DNA of 52,766 nucleotides from Moorena sp. SIO1G6 (lineage in GTDB: Bacteria > Cyanobacteriota > Cyanobacteriia > Cyanobacteriales > Coleofasciculaceae), in assembly GCF_010672795.1 (NCBI RefSeq), contig NZ_JAAHFZ010000014.1, positions 1 to 52,766 on the forward strand. Direction: 5' to 3'. How positions within the stretch are numbered: position 1 is the first letter of the stretch; each line of letters opens with the position of its first letter. The notes under the pieces are model-generated. The model made no database searches, was not told where the DNA came from, and saw only the letters and a list, made by a program, of their open reading frames with translations. Below are positions 9,202 through 19,080 of the stretch, in pieces. A program made the position numbers and the translations under genes.

Positions 9202-9597
9202 GTGAATAAAGACCTATCAAGGAGTTTGGTTTACGAGTTCCAGCCTCATCAGATTATTTGTTTAGAGCATGACAATACTCGTTTATACGCTGAAGTGATC
9301 GAATTTGTGTCATCGCGACAAATGTGTTGGGTGCGTTCTATGATATTGGTCACCTTGCATAGTCAAGAGCCTGTGCCAGTGGAACTCCCTGAACAGCTTA
9401 CTCTTTACGACCTACGCTCTGGACCGGATTTACTTTGGCCAGCGAGTTTATTACGACTAGCCTTAGACACTGAAGTAATTCCCCTCTTGGTTCGGTTAGA
9501 TGACCCTGATGTCAATGTAGAAAGTGACCCTGATGCTCGCCAGCAACTAAGTTATTTTATCTGTGCAGTTTGGCAAGCTTATCCTGAAAAGTTTTAA
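9202..9597 (+). CDS. Hypothetical protein (131 aa)
   Basis: An ORF with an ordinary amino-acid composition. A hairpin (ACCCCT..AGGGGT followed by TTT) lies about 90 bp downstream. Confidence 0.5.
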   Translation: MNKDLSRSLVYEFQPHQIICLEHDNTRLYAEVIEFVSSRQMCWVRSMILVTLHSQEPVPVELPEQLTLYDLRSGPDLLWPASLLRLALDTEVIPLLVRLDDPDVNVESDPDARQQLSYFICAVWQAYPEKF

Positions 9598-9837
9598 GTT
9601 TTTTTAATGGTTAATCGGTAATAGGACTTTGCCAACTCAATGGTGATCTGATCACGACTCAAGCAGTAGCAAGTCAGACCCCTTAGGAGAGTAAACTAAA
9701 GTTGTAGGGGTTTTGCCACATGTAGCTGTCAGAGCTTGCCCCAACCCTGAAAGTCATGGCTAAAAGTCATGGCTAAAAGTCATGGAGTAGTTACCAAGCC
9801 TCCGAGCTGGTCTAGCCTTAGTTTATAACCACTTTTT

Positions 9838-10032
9838 CTAGTGACTCGGAACTAGCTGTACACGACCAGCATCCATCTCAGACATTAATAATTCCAGTGC
9901 TTCGTAATCCACATCAGAGATGTAACCAGTTTGAGTTAGTTCGTAGTTAATTGCATTTTCTATATCAGGAGTCAATTTCCTAATATAGAGGGCTTTTTCT
10001 ACTAGTTGACGAATAACAAATGTAGTTTTCAC
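9838..10032 (-). CDS. Hypothetical small protein (64 aa)
   Basis: A plausible ORF with a coding-like composition. There is no recognisable motif. Confidence 0.35.
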   Translation of the reverse strand: MKTTFVIRQLVEKALYIRKLTPDIENAINYELTQTGYISDVDYEALELLMSEMDAGRVQLVPSH

Positions 10033-10258
10033 AATTACTTACCCACAATTCCATATAACTTTATTGTCTTCTGAAATTACTAGCCACTATAGTGATCTTT
10101 ATCTTATTGGGATGTGATCTAAATCACTGATGAGGTGGATTGGTACTCTCTGACATATATATTACATATATATTATATGCCTTTTGGACTTAACTCAGAA
10201 AGCTTAACCTCAACGGAAGAAGCTATGCCGTTTCAAGGGTTAGAGGTATTGAAGTTTA

Positions 10259-10377
10259 GGTGCGACCCGTTCGCGTAGCGTTGGCAAAGCCAATAGGTGC
10301 GACCCAAGGGCGATTTATTCGCCCTTGGAGGCGCGCACCAATAGGTGCGAATTTAATTCTTAATGGGTCAAGCGCAC
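10259..10377. repeat. Cluster of 2-3 copies of the GGTGCG...CGCACC MITE-like element, plus one copy of the GTTCGCGTAGCG dispersed repeat
   Basis: ggtgcgacccaagggcgatttattcgcccttggaggcgcgcacc at 10297-10339, ggtgcgaatttaattcttaatgggtcaagcgcacc at 10344-10377, and a partial ggtgcgacccgttcgcgtagcg at 10259-10279. Confidence 0.7.
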
Positions 10378-10724
10378 CTAAGGCAGTTATAAGGACATAC
10401 TGCTTAGTACTACTTGCCTCTACACCCTAGTTAACGTTATACTTATCTAAGGCTAAACATTTGGCTCAAGCCTATAACAAAAAGTATTATATTTCTATGT
10501 CAGGGCAGCTCTATTTAGTTAACGTAACAAAAATTATTAAAATTTAATCCCTACTTATAGGCATCAACTGAGCCATGCTCTTAGCAACTTAGACCATCGG
10601 AAATGAAAAATAAATTACTTAACTTGAAAAAAAGTAATATATGATACATTTTGATGGTAAGTTTAATGAAGATTTCAAAAACCATTAGCAATCTGTAAAG
10701 ATTCGGCAAAGTCTATCAGAAGTG

Positions 10725-10749
10725 GTATGGAATTAGCGAAATTCCATAC
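10725..10749. promoter_or_regulatory. 10-bp perfect inverted repeat (GTATGGAATT agcga AATTCCATAC) ~60 bp upstream of the STAS gene; candidate operator
   Basis: Seen directly. It lies in an AT-rich divergent promoter region. Confidence 0.3.
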
Positions 10750-10808
10750 TATCTTCAATATATTCTCTATAAAATTTTATTGGATTTGACCAAGTGAGGA
10801 GTCTACTC

Positions 10809-11141
10809 ATGACACAGGCGACCCTGAGTGCAAAATTAAGAATTATTCAACCTTCCGGTCATATTAACGCTTCTAATGCAATTGAGTTTAAAAGTCAGTT
10901 GACAGAAGCTGTGGTGGCTGCTGAGGATTCGGCTTTGTTGGTTGATATGCATCAGTTAGAGTCTCTCGACAGTGCTGGCTTAATGGCCTTAATTCATGGT
11001 CTGAAGCTAGCAAGAAGTCTAGAGAGGCGCTTTGGTCTTTGCTCCGTAGCTCCTTCAATTCGAATTATGCTGGAGCTAACTAAATTAGATGGGGTGTTTG
11101 AGATTTTTGACAGCCATGAGGCTTTTGCTACAGCCCTCTAG
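10809..11141 (+). CDS. STAS-domain anti-sigma-factor antagonist (SpoIIAA-like)
   Basis: LRIIQPSGHINASNAIEFKSQL...LLVDMHQLESLDSAGLMALIHGLKLA includes the conserved phosphorylatable-Ser context DSAGL. The ATG at 10809 follows a GAGGAG RBS. Confidence 0.75.
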   Translation: MTQATLSAKLRIIQPSGHINASNAIEFKSQLTEAVVAAEDSALLVDMHQLESLDSAGLMALIHGLKLARSLERRFGLCSVAPSIRIMLELTKLDGVFEIFDSHEAFATAL

Positions 11142-11387
11142 GGGGTTGGAGTAGGTTGGGAAGCTAACTCAATGGCTCTGAGTGCAGCAAAATCATAGGA
11201 AATCTTGGGAAGATTAAGTGCTTACAGCGATGATGATGGGAGGAGATAGGGAAATACCAGTTAAGAAGTATGGTGGTTATTATCTCCCTCACTTCATCCA
11301 CCTTCACCCCCTTATCTCTAGCCTGAGTACTGATAAAATCAAAGGTGGATCAGGGTTAACTGCATTGAAAGCAGTAATAAAGTTTCT

Positions 11388-14303
11388 ATGGCAATCACTG
11401 TAGAGGAAATATTAACACCAGACATCAACAGACCAGCCCGTTACTTAGGTAACGAGTTGGGAGCAGTCCATAAACCTTGGGAAGAAGCTGAGGTACGCTG
11501 GGTATTGACTTATCCAGAAATCTATGAAGTGGGGGCTTCTAACTTAGGCCATATCATCCTCTACAATATATTGAATTATCAACCTAGGCAATTATGCGAT
11601 CGCGCCTATCTACCTGCCCCAGACTTGGCAGCTAAATTACGTTCCACTCAAACCCCTCTGTTTGCTGTCGAGAATCGGCGACCTCTGAAAGATTTTGATA
11701 TTATTGGCTTTAGCCTTAGCTATGAATTAGGGGCAACCAACATCTTGGAAATGTTGGATTTGGGAGGAATTCCCCTGACCTGGAAAGACCGTGCTCAGTT
11801 TGATATATCGGAAATACCCCTAATTTTTGCAGGTGGACAAACGGCGACATCGAATCCTGAACCCTATGCTGATTTCTTAGATTTTGTTGATCTTGGCGAT
11901 GGGGAAGAATTGTTGCCAGAGATTGGCTTAGTAATCGAAGAAGGCAAAGCAGCTGGCTTAAGTCGAGAAGCGTTACTCCTGGATTTGGCTCAGATACCAG
12001 GGGTGTATGTCCCCCAATTCTATGATATGACTGAGGATGGCTCAGTTAAACCCAACCGCCCTGATGTGCCGAAGCGGATTTTGCGGCGTGTGGCTACACC
12101 GATGCCTGCCTATGCTATTGGACTAGTACCCTATATCCAAACGGTTCATGACCGACTCAAGATCGAAGTGCGACGGGGCTGTACTCGGGGTTGTCGCTTC
12201 TGCCAACCTGGGATGCTGACTCGACCAGCGCGGGATGTGGAACCAGAAAAAGTGGTGGAAGCTATTGAACAAGGGATGCGTGCTACAGGGTATAACGAGT
12301 TTTCCCTTCTATCCCTGAGTTGTTCGGATTACCTGGCTCTACCAGCGGTGGGGATGGAAATCAAAAATCGTCTTAAGGATCAGAATATTTCCTTGTCCCT
12401 ACCGAGTCAGCGGGTAGACCGCTTTGATGAGAATATTGCCAATATCCTAGGGGGCAATCGGCAGAGTGGCTTGACCTTTGCCCCAGAAGCAGGAACTCAG
12501 CGGATGCGGGATATTGTTAATAAGGGACTGACTAATGAAGAACTGCTCAGGGGAGTAAAGACGGCATTTGAGCAAGGCTGGGAGAAAGTCAAGCTCTATT
12601 TTATGATTGGTTTGCCCGGTGAAACGGATATGGATGTGTTGGGGATTGCGGAAACGGTGCGTTGGTTGCAGCAGGAGTGCCGTGCTAAAGGCAGAAAAAC
12701 CATTAAGTTTAACATAACTGTTTCTAATTTTACCCCAAAACCTCACACCCCATTCCAGTGGCATTCCGTATCGACTTCGGAGTTTGAACGCAAGCAGGAA
12801 TTACTCAAACAAGTATTTGGTCAGATCAGGGGGGTGAAGGTTAATTACACCGATGTTCGGATTTCGGCCATGGAAGATTTCGTGGGACGGGGTGACAGAC
12901 GCTTAAGTGCGGTGGTGCGCCGTGCTTGGGAATTGGGGGCAGGGATGGACTCCTGGATGGAAAGCTTGGATCGGGCATTTGCTGCTTGGGAAAATGCGAT
13001 CGCTTCATCAGGTCTGACCTGGAAATATCGCCAAGTAGAAAATGGCGAATGGAACGTGATGGCGGGTGTAGAAGAGTTGCAAGTTGGAAGGTTGTTCGCG
13101 AAGCGTGGCCAAAAGGCCAAGGTTGAAAGTTCAGAGCAACCAGCTAACCTACAACCAGCTAACCGACAACCAACTAACCGACAACCAACTAACCTTCAAC
13201 CAACTAACCTTCAACCAGCTAACCTTCAACCAACTAACCTTCAACCAACTAACCTTCAACCTTCTAACCTTCAACCTTCTAACCTTCAACCTTCTAACCT
13301 TCAACCTTCTAACCTTCAACCTTCTAACCTTCAACCAGCTAACCTTCAACCAGCTAACCTTCAACCGTCAACCCTTAACGCCCTTGATGCTCCCTTGCCT
13401 TGGGATCATATTGATACGGGAATTGATAAGAATTGGCTCAAGGAAGATTTACAACGGGCGTTAGATGCAGCAACGGTACCGGATTGTTCCTTTGATGGGT
13501 GTTCTCACTGTGGTGTGTGTGGGATTGATTTTGGTCATAATGTGGTGATTGACCCGCCACAGATTCCGCAATTTGCTGGTCACTTTAAACCCAATACTAA
13601 TAAGGATCAGCGGCTGCGGGTTTGGTTTGGAAAGTTGGGGGATATGACCTTGTTGGGTCATCTGGATTTGGCAAGTCTGTTTGAGAGAGCAGTAAGACGG
13701 GCGTCACTGCCAATTCGATATAGTGGGGGGTTTCGGGCTAATGCTCGGATTATGATTGCTAATGCGTTGCCCTTGGGAGCGTCTAGCAGTGGGGAGATTG
13801 TGGAGTTTGAGTTAACTGAGAAAATGCCAGTTGAGGAGTTTAGGGAAAGGCTGGTGTCTCAGTTGCCTAAAGAGATTCCGGTGTATGGGGTTGAAGCAGT
13901 GGATTTGAAGGAACCTGCGGGAACTCAGCTGTTGGAGAGAGCTGAGTATTTGATTCGAGTTGAGGTAATATCAGAAGCGTCTTGGGAAGAGTGGCAGGGT
14001 TGGATTGAAGCAATCAAAGGTAGTAAGGAAATTTGGTGGGAGCGGTTTACGAAGTCGGGGAAGAAGCAGTGGGTGAATTTATGCGATCGCTTATTTGACT
14101 TCGAGGTGATCGAACCCCAAAAATCCAAAGATGGTGAAGAGGAGGTTGCGGAGTCTGGGGTGGTTTTGCGGTATGTGGGGAGTTGTTTGAATGATGGCAC
14201 GATGTTGCGACCAGAGCACATTATTTATATGTTGGAGCAGGTGGCGCAGCGGGAGTTTCGTTTGTTGCATGTTCATCGGCAACGGTTGATTCTGCGCAAT
14301 TGA
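11388..14303 (+). CDS. Fused radical-SAM protein (B12-binding-like N-domain + radical SAM core, TIGR03960-type) joined by a repeat linker to a TIGR03936/DUF2344-like C-terminal domain
   Basis: The start MAITVEEILTPDINRPARYLGNELGAV is typical. The Cys cluster is CTRGCRFCQPG. After the in-frame NLQPT tandem repeat the C-terminal module carries CSHCGVCG. Confidence 0.8.
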   Translation: MAITVEEILTPDINRPARYLGNELGAVHKPWEEAEVRWVLTYPEIYEVGASNLGHIILYNILNYQPRQLCDRAYLPAPDLAAKLRSTQTPLFAVENRRPLKDFDIIGFSLSYELGATNILEMLDLGGIPLTWKDRAQFDISEIPLIFAGGQTATSNPEPYADFLDFVDLGDGEELLPEIGLVIEEGKAAGLSREALLLDLAQIPGVYVPQFYDMTEDGSVKPNRPDVPKRILRRVATPMPAYAIGLVPYIQTVHDRLKIEVRRGCTRGCRFCQPGMLTRPARDVEPEKVVEAIEQGMRATGYNEFSLLSLSCSDYLALPAVGMEIKNRLKDQNISLSLPSQRVDRFDENIANILGGNRQSGLTFAPEAGTQRMRDIVNKGLTNEELLRGVKTAFEQGWEKVKLYFMIGLPGETDMDVLGIAETVRWLQQECRAKGRKTIKFNITVSNFTPKPHTPFQWHSVSTSEFERKQELLKQVFGQIRGVKVNYTDVRISAMEDFVGRGDRRLSAVVRRAWELGAGMDSWMESLDRAFAAWENAIASSGLTWKYRQVENGEWNVMAGVEELQVGRLFAKRGQKAKVESSEQPANLQPANRQPTNRQPTNLQPTNLQPANLQPTNLQPTNLQPSNLQPSNLQPSNLQPSNLQPSNLQPANLQPANLQPSTLNALDAPLPWDHIDTGIDKNWLKEDLQRALDAATVPDCSFDGCSHCGVCGIDFGHNVVIDPPQIPQFAGHFKPNTNKDQRLRVWFGKLGDMTLLGHLDLASLFERAVRRASLPIRYSGGFRANARIMIANALPLGASSSGEIVEFELTEKMPVEEFRERLVSQLPKEIPVYGVEAVDLKEPAGTQLLERAEYLIRVEVISEASWEEWQGWIEAIKGSKEIWWERFTKSGKKQWVNLCDRLFDFEVIEPQKSKDGEEEVAESGVVLRYVGSCLNDGTMLRPEHIIYMLEQVAQREFRLLHVHRQRLILRN
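13138..13375 (+). repeat. In-frame 15-bp tandem repeat (~16 copies, AACCTTCAACC[A/T][A/T]CT) encoding (N-L-Q-P-[TAS])n inside the radical-SAM fusion
   Basis: Seen directly. The ORFs 13084-13464(+) and 13149-13364(-) are out-of-frame readings of the same repeat. Confidence 0.9.
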
Positions 14304-14410
14304 GAAATTTGGCGTTGCTGAATTAAGGTATGATTGGCTAAAAATGTGGCGTTGCTGAATCAATCAATGAATATGAGTGGGGTGGACATCCTGCCTGCCC
14401 AAAAAGATCC

Positions 14411-14455
14411 GGTGCGCTTGACCCATTAAGAATTAAATTCGCCACGGGTCGCACC
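14411..14455. repeat. MITE-like palindromic element copy (GGTGCGCTTGACCCATTAAGAATTAAATTCGCCACGGGTCGCACC)
   Basis: Same family as 20-63 and 48666-48711. Confidence 0.7.
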
Positions 14456-14646
14456 GTCAGGAACGGGCAAGATGCCCATTCCACAAAACTATTCAAATCA
14501 TTCCATTATTAAGCAACGCCTCAAAGAATGGTCTAAGGAAAAGAAAATCACTGCTTTGATAAGGAAAGCCAATGGTACGGGAGTAATCAAAATTAGCCAT
14601 TACCCATTACCAATAATTATCTTCTCACTGAGCTGGATTGATCTAG

Positions 14647-15516
14647 CTAACAATTATTATTTTTAATCCTGCCATTAGGCATAATAGTGTTACAGAAAAT
14701 AGCATCATTTAAGTCAGCCTTAGCTAATTTAGCCTTTTTAAGATTAGCATGGCTGAAATTAGCCTCACTCAAATCAGCATCATGAAAGTCAACACCTTCT
14801 AAATTGGCATAACTTAGGTTGGCGGCTCTCAAGTCAGTATTATACAGTCTTGCACCACTCAAATTAGCATGACTAAGGTTAGCGCCACACAGTTCTTCAT
14901 AACCTAGGTTGACATTTTTCAAGTCTAAACCGCTTAAGTCAGCCTCGGCACAAATAAAGATTGCTCCGGCTTTTGATGGGTTAAATCCAGTCGGAAACTC
15001 AGTGTATGACGTATAGATAGCTTTGGTAAAATTTATACTACTCAGGTCAGCTTTTTTCCAGCCATCAACCCCTAGCATACGGGCATAACTGAGGTTAGCA
15101 TTGCTCAGGTCAGAATCACCTACGTAAACCTCACATAAGGTAGCATAACTAAAATTGGCATCCCTGAGCTTACTAGTAGCTATATAGATTACAGATAAAT
15201 CCGCATAACTCAGATCAGTACCACTAAAATCACAGTTTTCCAAGGTTGATTCAGAGGCTACTATATGACTCAAGTTAGCCTTAGTAAGGTTAGAATTTTC
15301 GATAGTGGTTTCGTATAGGTAAGCATTCCTCAAGTTAGCATGACTTAGATCTACATCATCCCAAGTAGCTTCCTCTAAATCAGCATTACTCAAGTCCGCA
15401 TTTTTTAGACAAACACCCTTGAAATTAGTACTTTTTAAGTTAGCCTTTTTCAAATTAATACCAGAAAAATCTCTTTCACCGGCTTCGTAGCGTTTTAGGA
15501 AGTCATCACGATTCAT
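14647..15516 (-). CDS. Pentapeptide-repeat protein
   Basis: 289 aa dominated by A(D/N)LSxANLxxA pentads (ADLSNADLEEA, ANLSHANLSGARL...). Confidence 0.85.
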   Translation of the reverse strand: MNRDDFLKRYEAGERDFSGINLKKANLKSTNFKGVCLKNADLSNADLEEATWDDVDLSHANLRNAYLYETTIENSNLTKANLSHIVASESTLENCDFSGTDLSYADLSVIYIATSKLRDANFSYATLCEVYVGDSDLSNANLSYARMLGVDGWKKADLSSINFTKAIYTSYTEFPTGFNPSKAGAIFICAEADLSGLDLKNVNLGYEELCGANLSHANLSGARLYNTDLRAANLSYANLEGVDFHDADLSEANFSHANLKKAKLAKADLNDAIFCNTIMPNGRIKNNNC

Positions 15517-16167
15517 AGTATGCCCCTTATTTGTTTAATATTAGATAGTAATCATCCTGATTATATCCTAAAAAAAAATATTAGTATTTTTAGAGGTTGG
15601 GTTAATGATTAATGGTTAATAGTTGTTAGTACTTAATGCTATCAAGCCTAATATAAGGTGGCCTCATACCTCATCGTTAATGTTCCGATCAGCAATCACA
15701 TCTCCTATCCCAGGGGTTTGATGAAATTGCTCCCAACTCCATAAAATCAACGTAGTCATAACGAGTTTGGGTTATTTTGGCAGAACAGAAAAAGAAAGGT
15801 TACTTTAGTTTTATAGCGAGTTCCTTTGCTGTCAGGTTACAAAATAGTTGATTGTTGATTAGGCTTTAGGGATAAACCATGAACTATAGCAATCCTACAT
15901 GAATCCTGATATTTCCTGATCCGAAGCTCCCTTGGTAAAACAATTTTGCTCACAACTGACTTGGGATTTATATAGGCACAATACTGTATCTAAATACCTG
16001 AACATAAATGCTGTTAACTGTGTTGAAACCCTTAACGTTGTTCAACCCCTTTATGTTCTCGGTTCGCCGTTCCCTATTCCCTTATCTGATCAGTCAACTT
16101 TCATTGTGTATGACTACTTACGACCGATGAAGGCAACTTAGTAATCTAGTTCGATTAGACCGAGACT

Positions 16168-16641
16168 ATGAATACAACTGAGCGTAAAACAGAGAAGAAA
16201 ATGGAAGTGCCTAGAACAACTAGTGAAGTGATTCGCATCAAGCCCCAACAGTTTATTCATGTGCTAGACAACAATACTGGTGTTACGCGACTGGAGGTTG
16301 GTCCTCAAACCATTACCCTTCGGGATCACGAGCGGCTGATCTTAAAACCTGAACCGATGATTATTGTGCCGCCTCGATATTATTGTGTGGTGGCTAATCC
16401 ATTACTCCGGGATGAAGACGGTCAACCCATTGCTGATCAGCATGGTCAAATTCGACTGCGCTACGGTGATCTGGAAATTCGTTTCGCGCAAGATCCGTTT
16501 CCCCTTTATCCAAACGAGAAACTGGTAGGGGATTTGACACTCCCCGTTCTTCTAGGACGGGGAGTGTCAAAGGCAGAAAATATAGCCATTGAGTCTACAG
16601 GTCAGGCAACAGCAGAAGCAAGAGCTAAGGAATACTCTTAA
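16168..16641 (+). pseudogene. Major vault protein (MVP) homolog, N-terminal fragment (MVP repeat 1-2)
   Basis: IRIKPQQFIHVLDNNTGVTRLEVGPQTI...VPPRYYCVVANP...[27 protein letters not shown] aligns almost residue-for-residue with the N-terminus of eukaryotic MVP ([28 protein letters not shown]...VPPRHYCTVANP...[27 protein letters not shown]). The homology ends near 16533-16560, where the IS-associated palindrome begins. Confidence 0.7.
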
Positions 16642-18329
16642 ACCGTCATCAATCGGGATAAAACCGAATAAAACGGCCAAGGTGCATTTTATTGATGTCT
16701 GAGTGAGGAGCGGTCAAGTAGCAATTGGAGTCAAGCCTCCCGCTCATCTATCTAGACGTTCCTCACATCCCGGTGAGGAGTTCCTTAAAAGCTTGAGTTT
16801 TGGCATGCTTGCGGTCAAGCCATCCTAGCTTAACCGCGTCAGCTAAAGTCAAATCCATACCTTCTAAGAAACGCGCAGTACGACGCAACAATACTGCCTG
16901 CACTTCAACCCTAGTCATAAACCGGGAGATTCCTTGATCTGTACCACGAGCAAGGATATTCTTCGCAGCATTGTGATCAGCCTGCAACACGACCCCATTA
17001 AATCTGATAAAACTGTCCCCAATCCTTGCTCCCAATAAGGTGCCAGAAAAGGAGTCAATTTGCGACGTGTAGCTTGGCTGGACTTCTGTCACAACCGAAC
17101 CAGTCCAATTAGCCCATTTCTGCAAGGAGTACCGCATTTCTCCTTTCATCCAGCTATTCAACTTGCGAGACATAGCCTTTGACTGGCGTTTATTTTTGAT
17201 TGGTTGCGTTAAATCCTCAGCAAAAATTCTTAGAGATTCTCCTTTGAAGAGGGATTTAGAAGCAGCCCCTATAATCGCCCTCAACTCTGATTGATCTCTT
17301 CTGTAACGACTGTTTTCTGTTTTTCGACTCAGATTATTTTTCAGTATCCGAGCTGATTTAGCTGGATCTATTTTTTCTAGCTTCCTATGTATTGCCCAGA
17401 GCTTTCCTCTGTTCCGATTTTTGGCGCATATTCGATGGCCAAAAGGCCACGCTACGCGAACGGATTTTATGGTTGCTATTTTGCCCAGGTTCTTCCCGTG
17501 TGCCTGACCATCTGAATCATAAAAAGCCTCGGTGTATCCCTTGTCTACTCCTATCGCTCGACGTTCAGGAGGAATCTCAGCTGTCCCGTGATTAACCAAA
17601 AAATGAATCTCAAATCTTGCCAGTAGAGAGTTGTATATTAGTCTAATCTGTCCTTTAATATTTCGATTAGACCTAACTATTAGTTTGTTTCTTTTTCCTC
17701 TTCTGATTCCAGCTAATTCCAATTGATAAGTATAACGAGACAATCGTTTACACGAGTATCCTCCTTGTTGGTATACAACTTGATTCTTGACCCAAGAATG
17801 TCCTCTCTGAAACTCTTTCCTTACAAGTCTGTGCAATAGTGGATTATCCAGAAAAGCTGAAGTTTTGAGTTGCTTAGAGATATCCTTTCTGATCTTCTGG
17901 TTTTCCTTTCCAGGAAACCTCTTATAGATCTTTTTTATGACTGCCTCAATGGAAGCCGCTTGTTGAGCTGTGATAGTTTTAGCTACATCACTGACAGTCC
18001 ATTCCATTAACTTGGAAGGCAAGCCCAGGGACTCAGGCTTCCTGAAGTCCCTGACTTCTGGGTAGGCTTTTTTCCAGTCAAGTCCCCAATGACTTATACT
18101 ACCCAGCTTGTTGTAAGACTCAGACCTGACGACGCCTAGTTTTTTCATCGTAGACAACAGCTCAAGCTCAACCGACTTAGCTATCCCTACAACTGGGACG
18201 ACCTGAGTCGATATCTTCTTTACTGCGCCTACTTTCTTTTGCATCATCAACGGTGTGTACAGCTTTTGCTATATACTGCCATTATAGTCTAGCGCTATAA
18301 AATTGTCAATGTCCAGTTCGCACTATTAA
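16533..18329 (-). mobile_element. IS200/IS605-family TnpB-only element inserted in the MVP gene (the ends are approximate)
   Basis: tnpB lies on the minus strand. The 14-bp perfect palindrome TTTGACACTCCCCG..CGGGGAGTGTCAAA at 16533-16571 shares CGGGGAGTGTCAAA with the 3' end of the other TnpB element (5500-5513). MVP-homologous coding sequence resumes at about 18340. Confidence 0.5.
16763..18250 (-). CDS. tnpB: TnpB-like RNA-guided endonuclease / IS605 OrfB-family transposase accessory protein (long form, zinc-finger cysteines absent)
   Basis: 495 aa. A RuvC-like triad is spaced in the standard way (AIGVDKG ... RIFAEDLT ... VLQADHNAAKNIL). No Cys pairs lie between RuvC-II and RuvC-III. No tnpA is present. 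Confidence 0.7.
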   Translation of the reverse strand: MMMQKKVGAVKKISTQVVPVVGIAKSVELELLSTMKKLGVVRSESYNKLGSISHWGLDWKKAYPEVRDFRKPESLGLPSKLMEWTVSDVAKTITAQQAASIEAVIKKIYKRFPGKENQKIRKDISKQLKTSAFLDNPLLHRLVRKEFQRGHSWVKNQVVYQQGGYSCKRLSRYTYQLELAGIRRGKRNKLIVRSNRNIKGQIRLIYNSLLARFEIHFLVNHGTAEIPPERRAIGVDKGYTEAFYDSDGQAHGKNLGKIATIKSVRVAWPFGHRICAKNRNRGKLWAIHRKLEKIDPAKSARILKNNLSRKTENSRYRRDQSELRAIIGAASKSLFKGESLRIFAEDLTQPIKNKRQSKAMSRKLNSWMKGEMRYSLQKWANWTGSVVTEVQPSYTSQIDSFSGTLLGARIGDSFIRFNGVVLQADHNAAKNILARGTDQGISRFMTRVEVQAVLLRRTARFLEGMDLTLADAVKLGWLDRKHAKTQAFKELLTGM

Positions 18330-18575
18330 ATACAGTTTTGTCCTAATTTTTCGGGACTTGACTGCGAGGCTCACATTAAGAGTGAAGAATACCGACAGAA
18401 AGTAGAAGCAATTGGTCCTCAAACCATTCAAGCGATCGCACAAGCAGGTCCGGAAATGCAGGCAAGACTTCTAGAAGCACTTGGTATCCAGAGTGTTTTG
18501 ATTACCGATGGCAAAAATCCCATCAATCTATTTGGTGCAGCTAATGGTCTGATTAGTCCGCCAACTTCTAACTAA
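18330..18575 (+). pseudogene. Major vault protein homolog, C-terminal fragment
   Basis: The translation ...[60 protein letters not shown] matches the MVP region [58 protein letters not shown]. No start codon is present. The frame opens right after the IS. Confidence 0.7.
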
Positions 18576-18590
18576 GTACATGTGTATCTG

Positions 18591-18675
18591 CTGCGCGCAG
18601 CAGACACAGCGCGCAGCAGACACAGATAGACTGATAACCCAACGCTATCTTACCGGTCTATCTTACCGGTCTATA
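18591..18675. repeat. Tandem direct repeats (GCGCGCAGCAGACACAG x2; CTATCTTACCGGT x2)
   Basis: Seen directly. Confidence 0.7.
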
Positions 18676-18884
18676 TGTGTCGAAGGTTGAGAGTTGAGGT
18701 GTTGCTCAACTCTGTTAATGACCCCTAGTACGAGAAACAGAGCAAATACTACAGCAACACCGATAGCAGTCCACTTGAAAAAAACTAACTTTGGCCGACC
18801 TTTAGCTGGATAACCACAACTGAGGCAAATTTCATCGTTGGTGCTGGTTAAAGACCCACAAACGTTACACTGTTCTAAAGCCAT
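18663..18884 (-). CDS. Small zinc-ribbon membrane protein (CxxC...CxxC followed by a TM helix)
   Basis: MALEQCNVCGSLTSTNDEICLSCGYP..., then IGVAVVFALFLVLGVI. Confidence 0.45.
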   Translation of the reverse strand: MALEQCNVCGSLTSTNDEICLSCGYPAKGRPKLVFFKWTAIGVAVVFALFLVLGVINRVEQHLNSQPSTHIDR

Positions 18885-19080
18885 AGTTCTTGGAAATCTC
18901 TACCGTCATAAGATAACTGAAAAAATTATCAGGTGGGTAGAGTACTTTGAGCCTTCCTTACCAACTCCTTGATGCCCAAGTTGCTTAGTTCAAGTGGGTA
19001 GGTTACAAAAAAATCAGGGCACAAGGGCAAACCCCCAGGTATGAAGCCTGTGACCAATTACCGATTACCCATTCCTAATC

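Noticed and set aside
13084-13464. ORFs 13084-13464(+) and 13149-13364(-) with poly-(LTFNQ)/(LKVSW) translations
   Set aside because: These are out-of-frame or antisense readings of the 15-bp tandem repeat inside the radical-SAM gene. The in-frame reading NLQPT is continuous with the flanking conserved domains.
15932-16141. 69-aa ORF just upstream of the MVP fragment
   Set aside because: It has no RBS or motif and lies in an AT-rich spacer. It is probably non-coding, and it is in a different frame from the MVP homology.
16533-16571. Possibility that the 14-bp palindrome is simply MVP coding sequence (DLTLPVLLGRGVSK) and not an IS end
   Set aside because: Not fully rejected. The D-L-T and hydrophobic residues do align loosely with MVP (DITPLQVVL). 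A perfect 14-bp inverted repeat sharing a 14-mer with the other TnpB element's 3' end is more parsimoniously IS-derived. The exact MVP/IS junction at about 16533-16560 remains uncertain.
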